Shown here piece by piece: positions 18,241 through 25,681 of a DNA stretch of 36,789 nt (position 1 is the stretch's first letter; each line of letters opens with the position of its first letter). Made by a program: the position numbers and the translations under genes. This DNA comes from a virus (lineage: Duplodnaviria; Caudoviricetes): IMG/VR virus record IMGVR_UViG_3300046786_000913, positions 1-36,789 of that record, one strand, 5' to 3'. The notes beneath the pieces were generated by a model, which was not told the origin of the DNA, made no database searches, and saw only the letters and a program-made list of their open reading frames with translations.

Positions 18241-18896
18241 TCAACTGCCTCAGTTTCAATATAAAACACACCGTCCTCACCCTGCACTGCTTCGAATGGC
18301 GCAACGTCAGCATAATCCTCAAGCAAAATAGTGTCCTCGCCTTCAAGTCGCACCACATCAGCAACCGCGCCATCCAAATAATCAAACAGAATTTTAATCG
18401 CCCCGAGATTGCTGCCACGCATAGCAATGCCATACAAATTAGCAGCCATCACCTCGGCAACCTCATAGCGGTCTTTGTCATCCAGCACTTTGTAGCTGTA
18501 TTCGCGCTCCTTGCCACCAATTTCATCCATCATCTTTTTGAGCAGAAGACCTGGCGCGTTATCAGCAGAAATCACCACCTTGTCTTTCACGAGCGAAACG
18601 CGAGTCTCGTCCTGCACGCGGTCTTCAACCACTGGTTTGAGGGCTTTGGTTCTGGCATCAACATAAAGGGTGCGAACAATTGTGCGTTTTATCACAATCA
18701 CTTTCTCGGGCTTACCCAAAATTCGCTCGAACGCCATTTGAATTGCTTTGACATCGCTGCCCTCACAGCAAATACGGATTAGCTCCGCAACCACCGCTTC
18801 ATTCGAAGTGAGCTCCTGCATACCGCGCTTGAACACGCCATATTTCTGTGGCAAAAAGACGTTAAAAGAGTTTTGTAGCTTCTTGGTATGTGCCAT
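18237..18896 (-). CDS. Putative terminase small subunit (219 aa) with duplicated oligomerisation-like motif
   Basis: Directly upstream of terL with ATGA overlap. Two copies of an L...G.d..AI..l.er..G motif. Confidence 0.6.
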   Translation of the reverse strand: MAHTKKLQNSFNVFLPQKYGVFKRGMQELTSNEAVVAELIRICCEGSDVKAIQMAFERILGKPEKVIVIKRTIVRTLYVDARTKALKPVVEDRVQDETRVSLVKDKVVISADNAPGLLLKKMMDEIGGKEREYSYKVLDDKDRYEVAEVMAANLYGIAMRGSNLGAIKILFDYLDGAVADVVRLEGEDTILLEDYADVAPFEAVQGEDGVFYIETEAVE

Positions 18897-20256
18897 AATA
18901 TTTGCCTTTTAGTTTTTCACCGTAATCTTTCCAGTCTCTCTTCAAAAAATCTTCACCAAATTGTCGCGACAGCTCTGCGAAACCTGAGCGCATCTCTTCA
19001 ATCGTCTCTTTGGTCAGCATAAACCGCTGAGCTCCCTCGTACGCAAACTTGTATTCCGAATAAGTCAAAACCCGACCCTCTTCTACGCACATCTTACCAT
19101 AGGTGTTAGCCTCCTGTAACCAAAGCACCCAGCCATACATCTGATACTCGTCAATCTCTGGGCGAGTCACCTCACCCTTTGCCAATTTAATGGCACAGTC
19201 CACGGCATAATTCAGCCACGCCTGCTTGTCAGCCAAAATCAGTCGCTTCATCTGACCGCCGTCAGCTCTCGGCTCGATATAGGTGTAGAGACAGAAACGC
19301 ACGCGGTCAACCAAAGACTGCTCAAATGAAAGTGTGGTCGGGCTATTGCTAATCACCTCGATAAATCCGTAGTTCGTCGTCTGGTAAATTTCCGAACCTT
19401 TGACCTCGACTTGTATTGGGTCTCCGCTCGCCATCAAGTGCAATGTCCCGTAGTTATCATTGTTCTGATTCTTCGAACCTTTGGCATCCGCGTCATACAA
19501 ATAGGTGGTATTGTCCATATTCTGTGTATAAAACCGACCCCAACTGCGACTCAAAGAAAAGACATGAGCGCCTGAGCCCAAGACTTCTGCGAGCCCTTCG
19601 GCGAGCGTCGATTTCCCCGTACGCGATTGACCAAAAGTAAACAGTAAGCCGTGGTTGCCGATAATCGCCGAGCCGACTGACCAGTCACGCACTTTGCGCT
19701 GATGGTCGTCCATCGTGTCATACCATTTCTGCCAAGCAACACTCGGTTTTTGGTCTGGCTTGTATTTCAGCTTCGATGAGCGAGTAGTCGGATGCTCAAG
19801 AAATCGCTCTTCATCAGAATTGAGCTCGCCAGTGTACCCATCCAAAATACAATTCTCCATCTCAAAATAGCGACGGTTGTCAAAAGAAATCTCAGGAGCG
19901 TAAATTTGGAAGTAATCCCAGAGCGCCTGGTTTCGCTTGGTTGACCAGTTAGATTCAGCCAAGTCTGGGTAAGCTGCCATCGCATCGCGCCAAAACTCAA
20001 TCTGCTCGCCACGGCGATACTGCTTCCACTGATTGCCAATGCGGATAGCCAAACCGTGCTCACTTCGGCGAAGGTAGAGTGGGGACTTTCGCCCGTTTAG
20101 GCAAGTAAAGTTATCAATAATTGCTCGATAGAACCATTGCAATGTGTCGGCATTGCGAACTGTCTCGGGCATAATTGGCAACTCGTCATTCGGCGTATTT
20201 TTAATCGCCTTGATATCCTCAGCATTTTTCTTCTGCACTTCTTCAGGAGTTGCCAT
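18862..20256 (-). CDS. SF3 (D5/P4-like) helicase without primase domain (464 aa)
   Basis: D5_N-like ENCILDGYTGEL, Walker A GQSRTGKS, MASGDPIQVEVKG and motif C ISN. Confidence 0.8.
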   Translation of the reverse strand: MATPEEVQKKNAEDIKAIKNTPNDELPIMPETVRNADTLQWFYRAIIDNFTCLNGRKSPLYLRRSEHGLAIRIGNQWKQYRRGEQIEFWRDAMAAYPDLAESNWSTKRNQALWDYFQIYAPEISFDNRRYFEMENCILDGYTGELNSDEERFLEHPTTRSSKLKYKPDQKPSVAWQKWYDTMDDHQRKVRDWSVGSAIIGNHGLLFTFGQSRTGKSTLAEGLAEVLGSGAHVFSLSRSWGRFYTQNMDNTTYLYDADAKGSKNQNNDNYGTLHLMASGDPIQVEVKGSEIYQTTNYGFIEVISNSPTTLSFEQSLVDRVRFCLYTYIEPRADGGQMKRLILADKQAWLNYAVDCAIKLAKGEVTRPEIDEYQMYGWVLWLQEANTYGKMCVEEGRVLTYSEYKFAYEGAQRFMLTKETIEEMRSGFAELSRQFGEDFLKRDWKDYGEKLKGKYYGTYQEATKLF

Positions 20257-20464
20257 TACCAGCCTCCTTCACAACCACAGAACTGACATGCGCTATCGCA
20301 ATACTGACCGTTGCCCCTGTTTTTATATCGACTGTTTCAAAGAAATTATTGGCAGTCGGATGATTCAAAAGTAAAAGAATCTTCTTCCCGTCTGCGATAG
20401 TGACCTTGTACACATCCTTATTCGTCATCGAGACGAGCGCGAACCCCTGATTTTCATACCCCAT
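20243..20464 (-). CDS. Hypothetical protein (73 aa)
   Basis: RBS aaggg; overlaps the helicase start. Confidence 0.65.
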   Translation of the reverse strand: MGYENQGFALVSMTNKDVYKVTIADGKKILLLLNHPTANNFFETVDIKTGATVSIAIAHVSSVVVKEAGNGNS

Positions 20465-20511
20465 TGTCGTTTTTACCCTTCTTTTTGATTGAGATTTATT
20501 TGGGTGCGGAT

Positions 20512-20892
20512 TTACTGTTGCCGCTTCAGCTCTTCTGCCCGTGCCTTCCGTTTCTCGCGATACCGCTTCTGCCGCCTCGCCTCTGCCCGAAGCTGCGCCG
20601 CTGACCGATTCGCCCTAATGCCCTTATAATACTCCGACCAATATTTTTTGGTAGCCTCAAACGCCTCCTCAAAAGTCTTATACTCCTCAGTCGCCCCAAT
20701 CGGCACTTTAGTAGTCTTCCCTAAAACCCGAATCACCGCCTTCGTCTGAACCAACAGAAAACTGCCGTCAGCGCCTCTGCGGTACTCGCGGTCAAAATTT
20801 GGAGTCGAGACCTTCATCCGTGTGACGGAATATTGGTTGGCTAGAAGAATAATCTCCTGCTCCATTTGTTCGTATGCTTCGTTTTCATTCAT
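20512..20892 (-). CDS. Hypothetical 126-aa protein with C-terminal arginine-rich helix (start re-called at ATG 20892, probably leaderless)
   Basis: ATG lies 7 nt downstream of a -10 box. C-terminus is AEARRQKRYREKRKAR. Confidence 0.7.
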   Translation of the reverse strand: MNENEAYEQMEQEIILLANQYSVTRMKVSTPNFDREYRRGADGSFLLVQTKAVIRVLGKTTKVPIGATEEYKTFEEAFEATKKYWSEYYKGIRANRSAAQLRAEARRQKRYREKRKARAEELKRQQ

Positions 20893-20898
20893 GCACAA

Positions 20899-20928
20899 AT
20901 TGTAGCACAGCAAGAAATGATTTGTAAA
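20899..20928 (-). promoter_or_regulatory. Leftward promoter TTTACA-18-(TG)TACAAT
   Basis: -35 at 20928-20923 and extended -10 TGCTACAAT at 20907-20899. Confidence 0.7.
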
Positions 20929-21105
20929 CACTTTTTTTAGGTTGTTTTGAATAAATATGGCTGAGTGGAAATGTGGGTATATATATAATATCTCTTACAT
21001 TTGCTCGATACCCCCACCCCCTTGCCCTTGACTATTGCCCTAATATATTTTCTTATATATTCCTCTGCCTATCTACATATATCTACTATTAGACGCTTGT
21101 GCTTA

Positions 21106-21160
21106 TAGGTAGTTGTATATAGAATTGTGCTGCTATGCACGGGCTATATACAACTACCTA
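21106..21160. repeat. Perfect 17-bp inverted repeat (TAGGTAGTTGTATATAG) with 21-nt spacer
   Basis: Arms at 21106-21122 and 21144-21160 are exact reverse complements. Confidence 0.9.
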
Positions 21161-21179
21161 ACAGTGGTATAAATGCGCC

Positions 21180-21469
21180 TAAAACTAAAAACATATTATA
21201 ACATAAAACATATTATATAATGTCGTTGTTAATAATAAACACTTTTTTTTATAAAACTCTCTAAAAAAACAAAAAATAGAAAAATAGAAATTAAAAAAAA
21301 CAGCTTCATCTGTTAAAAAACCTATTAACCAAAAAAAATTGTTTACTTTTTTACCCCAAAATAAACAAAAAAAATAGGTTCATCTATTTTCTACAACAAC
21401 ACAAAACGCCTATTTTTACAATTCTACCCCTGTTAGCAAAAAAACAATAAAAAATAAATAAAAAAAGTA
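21180..21469. other. Very AT-rich A-tract region (candidate origin / curved DNA / UP element)
   Basis: Recurrent A5-A9 and T tracts, a duplicated AAAACATATTATA, no ORFs, and position at the strand switch. Confidence 0.5.
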
Positions 21470-21498
21470 TTGACAAACACGCTAGCGTTTGATACTAT
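21470..21498 (+). promoter_or_regulatory. Early promoter P1: TTGACA-17-(TG)TACTAT
   Basis: -35 at 21470-21475, extended -10 at 21490-21498, A-rich upstream element. Confidence 0.85.
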
Positions 21499-21504
21499 AT
21501 ATAC

Positions 21505-21913
21505 ATAGCAAAAGCAAAGGCTATACAAGAAAAGACCAGACAACCGAAACGGCAACAACTGAGCGAAACGCCGACCCGTTCAACCGTCAGGGCAATTCAA
21601 TAACCAGCGAAAGCTATACATAAAAGACCTGTAATAATGGCGCTACGATGACTAGCTACGGAAAATGCAGGCACATATACCTTAACAATTTATTTAGTGA
21701 TACGTTCACATCTGATTGAAAAGTTACGATTGAACCGCACACGCTGCAACCTATATTTACAATCATGGCGGCATCAACTCACATTCAATCAGGCGCGAGC
21801 GTATCACACAGGGCAATAATTATGAGTTGTTGCCCGTCCCTCATAACGGGCATTATGGGCGACGGGTAGCAACGCAAAGGCTACAATATTAAGTAAACGA
21901 AAGGCGGTCAATC
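21505..21913 (+). ncRNA. Candidate ~410-nt structured leader/ncRNA downstream of P1
   Basis: No convincing ORF. Several GAAA/AAA-capped hairpins, a 24-bp stem (21697-21720/21784-21807), and alternative stems at 21811-21884. Confidence 0.65.
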
Positions 21914-22204
21914 ATGGCTTACAAAGTGCAAATGATGAGCAACAAAAGCGGCAAATCTACTTTTGTTTTTCGCATCAAACAATATGTTCAATGTGAATTG
22001 GGCAACCATCAAACATCAGATATAAAGATGGTTGAAGAGTTTACACTTCGAACTGACGCGGTGCGAGCATTGGCAAATTTGATTGCTGATGAGCTGACAC
22101 TTCATAACGTGACAGTACTCAGGGCAAGCAACGGCTATGCAAAAGTGTTCTATGAATATAGCAATGGCAACGAAACCGCAGAATATAAAGTCGTAAGGAG
22201 ATAA
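21914..22204 (+). CDS. Early hypothetical protein (96 aa)
   Basis: First ORF after P1; RBS gaaagg. Confidence 0.75.
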   Translation: MAYKVQMMSNKSGKSTFVFRIKQYVQCELGNHQTSDIKMVEEFTLRTDAVRALANLIADELTLHNVTVLRASNGYAKVFYEYSNGNETAEYKVVRR

Positions 22205-22208
22205 AATC

Positions 22209-22433
22209 ATGCAAGAAATACTATTGAATTTGGCAGCGCTAGACTTACTAGCGTTTTGCAAAGAGCAAGGAATCGACCCGAGTAATTCACACACAGTAAA
22301 GGCAGGTAGGGGCTTTGAGTATCATATTGTCGACCACGACACACTCAAGCCATTTGCAGCCGTGACTTTTCACAAACACTCAGTACCGACGCACACATGG
22401 TTCAACGAAGCACGGAATCGAGGCAAATCATGA
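22209..22433 (+). CDS. Early hypothetical protein (74 aa)
   Basis: RBS aaggag. Confidence 0.75.
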   Translation: MQEILLNLAALDLLAFCKEQGIDPSNSHTVKAGRGFEYHIVDHDTLKPFAAVTFHKHSVPTHTWFNEARNRGKS

Positions 22434-22669
22434 CAATTCAAACTAAGATGTTTGATGGGCGGCGCGTAAATACTCGCACCTACCGCGACATCATTGAAAA
22501 CGTGAATTTTGCCCAGTTAGTTGAAGGCTTTTACGCACAACGCGAAAGCAATCAGTGGGGCGTGCTCATACAGCTGAAAGGCAAAGAGCGAATTTTGCGC
22601 CGTAGTTTTGGCAAGTTGAGCAACGGCGAGACAGTAACAAATTTAACAATGATTGAAGGGATAAAATAA
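22430..22669 (+). CDS. Early hypothetical protein (79 aa; start re-called at 22430)
   Basis: ATGA overlap with the previous gene; RBS gagg. Confidence 0.7.
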   Translation: MTIQTKMFDGRRVNTRTYRDIIENVNFAQLVEGFYAQRESNQWGVLIQLKGKERILRRSFGKLSNGETVTNLTMIEGIK

Positions 22670-22824
22670 TGAGTGAAGAATTGAAGCAGCAGATAATTGA
22701 CTTAGGTCACTATTATCGACAGCACAAAATTGCGAAGATGGTCAAAAGCCATCCGAATTTTGTCGCTGAGGACTTCGCAAAATTACTTGCGAAATTGCAC
22801 AAAGAAATAGAAGTAAACAATTAG
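22669..22824 (+). CDS. Early hypothetical protein (51 aa, MSEELKQQIIDLG...)
   Basis: TAATG overlap and RBS aaggg. Below the ORF-track length cut-off. Confidence 0.6.
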   Translation: MSEELKQQIIDLGHYYRQHKIAKMVKSHPNFVAEDFAKLLAKLHKEIEVNN

Positions 22825-22828
22825 GTTA

Positions 22829-22857
22829 TTGACTTTTTAAGCATAGCGTGATAGCAT
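22829..22857 (+). promoter_or_regulatory. Early promoter P2: TTGACT-17-(TG)TAGCAT
   Basis: -35 at 22829-22834 and extended -10 at 22849-22857, followed by the conserved +1 hairpin. Confidence 0.75.
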
Positions 22858-22897
22858 AAGGGGTATAGTCGGCAAAGGCTATAGAAAGGACAAAGCA

Positions 22898-23053
22898 ATG
22901 AGTGTATCACTACTCGAAGTCATCGAACACGGCGGATATGATTTGACCACCGTTGAAGATGCAAAATGGTTGGTGTCGAAACAATCAGAGTTTGAGCAAC
23001 TTGTCAGTGAGGCGGAAGCCGTCATTGAAGCAAGCGAGGAAAGCGATGATTAG
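22898..23053 (+). CDS. Small acidic protein (51 aa, MSVSLLEVIEHGG...EESDD)
   Basis: RBS gaaagga; first gene after P2; not in the ORF track. Confidence 0.7.
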   Translation: MSVSLLEVIEHGGYDLTTVEDAKWLVSKQSEFEQLVSEAEAVIEASEESDD

Positions 23054-23306
23054 CATACCAGTCAAAGAAGAGCGCAGTTTGTGGGTACTCGAAAAGGTTT
23101 ACCAGTGGAAGTTTCCGCGATTGGGTTGGAACGACCCGAAGCAGGAGCTTTTAGGCATAAAGCTTCAGTACCACTCAAGGCATGACGCGGAGCACTATCG
23201 ACAGTGCGAAAGTTGCGCGGATGACCATGCGGATTTCATGCAAGAAATGGAAATGGACGCACGGGATGACGCAGCAGAATATCAAAATAACGATGACGAT
23301 TTTTAG
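23046..23306 (+). CDS. Hypothetical protein (86 aa; start re-called at 23046) with His/Cys cluster and acidic tail
   Basis: RBS gagga; 8-nt overlap with the upstream gene; H..H...H...CESC. Confidence 0.65.
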   Translation: MISIPVKEERSLWVLEKVYQWKFPRLGWNDPKQELLGIKLQYHSRHDAEHYRQCESCADDHADFMQEMEMDARDDAAEYQNNDDDF

Positions 23307-23318
23307 AAAGTGGGCAAA

Positions 23319-23447
23319 ATGAAAATACCAGTCAAATTTTACACTGATGTTACTGGCAAAACAGTTGGAGACATCATCAAGATTGCAGGCAAGCGCGGAT
23401 ATTTAGAGCTAGTCGGCAATCGCCAATATATCGTGGAGGTAATCTAG
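23319..23447 (+). CDS. Hypothetical protein (42 aa, MKIPVKFY...)
   Basis: Fills the gap between neighbours and shares an N-terminal IPVK with the upstream ORF. Confidence 0.5.
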   Translation: MKIPVKFYTDVTGKTVGDIIKIAGKRGYLELVGNRQYIVEVI

Positions 23448-23448
23448 C

Positions 23449-23739
23449 ATGAGTAAATCAAAGCAGTTACCTAAAACCGATGACGATGAAATCAATTTCA
23501 TTGTTGACGACATCAACAAAGAATTGAAAGAGTCGAGCAATAAGAAAACTAAAACTATAAAAAAGGAACTACCAAAGAATATGGACAAGGAAAAATGCAA
23601 AAAGACCATTCAAGCTCACAAAGTTGAGATTGCTAAAATCAAGGCGAAGCGAGCAGGCTTGAAGGCTGAAATCAAAAAGCACAAGCTTTTGATTAAGCAA
23701 GCCAAGTTGGTGTATAAATTAACAAAGATGAAAGGCTAG
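23449..23739 (+). CDS. Lysine-rich coiled-coil hypothetical protein (96 aa)
   Basis: RBS ggaggt. Confidence 0.75.
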   Translation: MSKSKQLPKTDDDEINFIVDDINKELKESSNKKTKTIKKELPKNMDKEKCKKTIQAHKVEIAKIKAKRAGLKAEIKKHKLLIKQAKLVYKLTKMKG

Positions 23740-23742
23740 AAA

Positions 23743-23976
23743 ATGGCAGGAACAATTGAAGGCGGCAAGCACGCTGCTGAAACGAACAAAAAACTTTACG
23801 GCGCAGACTTTTACGCACGAATTGGTGCGATGGGCGGCAAGAAGGGCAACACTGGTGGTTTTCATTCAGCAATGCACCCAAACGGTTGCAGTTGGAATCC
23901 ACGAGCTCACAAAGTTGCCGAGTGTGCAGGGTACAAAGGTGGCGTGATAAGTCGCCGAACGAAAGTAGCAAATTAA
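23743..23976 (+). CDS. KGG-repeat (stress-protein-like) small protein (77 aa)
   Basis: MAGT..GG..AA.TNK..YG.DFY.RIG..GG...TGGF...AG.KGG.ISRR pattern. Confidence 0.8.
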   Translation: MAGTIEGGKHAAETNKKLYGADFYARIGAMGGKKGNTGGFHSAMHPNGCSWNPRAHKVAECAGYKGGVISRRTKVAN

Positions 23977-23998
23977 TTTCTCTTGAAAGGAGAATATC

Positions 23999-24331
23999 AT
24001 GAGCAACGCATTAGTAGAAAAATTTGAGAAGAATCAGCAGCAGATTGCTAAGCTGAACCGAGAAATTGAAGCGGCAGTTGGCAAACAAGTTGCCAAGAAG
24101 CAAGAGCTTGAAGAGCAGAACGCAAATATGCGCCAAGCAATTCTTGAAGCGATGGAAGCAAACGGCGTAACAAAGTTTGACGGCGATTTAATCACTATCA
24201 CTTATGTTGCACCAACTGAGCGCACAACATTCGACTCAAAGCGTTTCCAAGAGGAGCGACCAAAGACTTACGAGAAATACACTCGCAAGACTCAAGTCAA
24301 AGCAAGCATACGACTCAAAGTAAAGGCATAA
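23999..24331 (+). CDS. Coiled-coil protein resembling Gp157/Gam-like phage replication-region proteins (110 aa)
   Basis: ILEAMEANGVTKF...FDSKRFQEERPKTYEKY pattern; RBS aaaggag. Confidence 0.55.
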   Translation: MSNALVEKFEKNQQQIAKLNREIEAAVGKQVAKKQELEEQNANMRQAILEAMEANGVTKFDGDLITITYVAPTERTTFDSKRFQEERPKTYEKYTRKTQVKASIRLKVKA

Positions 24332-24332
24332 T

Positions 24333-25526
24333 ATGCAGCTTTACCCTAGTCAAGAAAACTACCTGACTAGACTGGGGAAGCGACCATATTTGTTCGCTGA
24401 AGTCGGAACAGGCAAAACATTGATGGCACTTTTCCGTGTACACCGAGAGGGAGCGCGGAAGGTGCTTATCATTTGTCCAGCATCAGTTAGAGATACACAA
24501 GTTTGGGAGCTTGACCTTGAAAAGTCAGGATTACACTTCGACCAGTTTGAGGTGCAGGGTTTCAGCTTTTTGCAGAAATTCAAAACAGTAGATTTCACGA
24601 AATACCGCGACCACCATGTCATTATTGACGAGGCGCACAAAATCAAAAATAGCCAGAGCAAGCAAGGTATGGGCGCATTTATGCTATGCACTGTTGCGAG
24701 GGGCTATTTATTTTTGAGTGGCACTCCGATGAGTAACTGGTCTCACGCCGTCAACTACGCCAAGATTACTGGTTTGGTTCGGCACAAGACAGAGTTTTAT
24801 CGGCGGTTTGTGGTGGAGCAACGCAGCTATGCTCATAAGGGCATGGACATTGTTGGCTACCGCGACACTGATACGCTCATCAAGTGGTGGAACTCAATCG
24901 CGCTTAGGCTCAAAGCTGAAGAGTGTGTTGAGCTACCGAGAAAACAAATCATAGATGTGCAAGTCCCTGTGAAGCGGAAAGAGTACATCAGTATGATTAA
25001 GAACCGAGTCAATGCCGATGGCGAGCCTCTCGACTCAGCACCAAAACTAACTTGGGCTCTTCGCAAATATGCCGAAGTCGCGCCCGAGAAGATGAATTGG
25101 GTTGTTGAGAAAGTTGAAGGGTTGCCAAATGCTTTGATTTTTGCGAACACTATTCAAGCGATTGAAGATTTGAGCGCGAAACTCAAAAGCGCAGGCATTA
25201 AACATGGTGTTTGGTATGGGGCGAAAAAAGACAAGTTCACTGACCAAAATGTCATGATTGTGCAATATCAATCAGGCGGTACTGGTTTGAATTTGCAGCA
25301 ATTCAACACGACAATATTTTTGTCGCCATGTTACAGTTTCATTGACTACACTCAGGCAGTCGGGCGTACATATCGCAATGGGCAAGAGCAGAAATGCACC
25401 TTTTACCATTTGCGAGCAGCGCAGACTATTGATGGAGCGATTTATGGGGCGCTGAAAGAGAAGCGCGACTTTGACGACAAACTAACAGGCATAAGCCAGA
25501 GCGATTGGATGGAGGTATTCGGATGA
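24333..25526 (+). CDS. SF2 (SNF2-like/DEAH) helicase (397 aa)
   Basis: LYPSQ Q-motif, GTGKT, IIDEAH, LSGTP, GGTGLNLQ and QAVGRTYRNGQ. Confidence 0.92.
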   Translation: MQLYPSQENYLTRLGKRPYLFAEVGTGKTLMALFRVHREGARKVLIICPASVRDTQVWELDLEKSGLHFDQFEVQGFSFLQKFKTVDFTKYRDHHVIIDEAHKIKNSQSKQGMGAFMLCTVARGYLFLSGTPMSNWSHAVNYAKITGLVRHKTEFYRRFVVEQRSYAHKGMDIVGYRDTDTLIKWWNSIALRLKAEECVELPRKQIIDVQVPVKRKEYISMIKNRVNADGEPLDSAPKLTWALRKYAEVAPEKMNWVVEKVEGLPNALIFANTIQAIEDLSAKLKSAGIKHGVWYGAKKDKFTDQNVMIVQYQSGGTGLNLQQFNTTIFLSPCYSFIDYTQAVGRTYRNGQEQKCTFYHLRAAQTIDGAIYGALKEKRDFDDKLTGISQSDWMEVFG

Positions 25527-25681
25527 TATTTTTTAAGAGGCACATAGTAGTAACAGCATTACTTGACGACTCGAGGGGAGTTGAAAAGGCTGTGGCTAAA
25601 CGGGTGAAAATGACTCATAAGAATCATGTAATCGTACTCCATACAAAGTATGGCGAGCTGAGAGTGAAGATTGAGCTATGA
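25523..25681 (+). CDS. Hypothetical protein (52 aa)
   Basis: ATGA overlaps at both ends; RBS ggaggt; not in the ORF track. Confidence 0.65.
   Translation: MIFFKRHIVVTALLDDSRGVEKAVAKRVKMTHKNHVIVLHTKYGELRVKIEL

Noticed and set aside
21804-21890. c-di-GMP-I riboswitch (CACAGGGCAA...ACGCAAAG resemblance)
   Set aside because: No GNRA-capped P2 between GGCAAA and GACGCAAAG and no matching P3/receptor. The GCAAAG is explained by the repeated hairpin.
20932-21913. Lysogeny switch (repressor/integrase/attP)
   Set aside because: Divergent promoters are present, but I recognised no integrase, HTH repressor or partition genes anywhere.
23280-23306. SSB C-terminal tail mimic (NNDDDF; also EDLGF and GLSF in other genes)
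   Set aside because: Lacks the conserved PF dipeptide and is too short to distinguish from chance.
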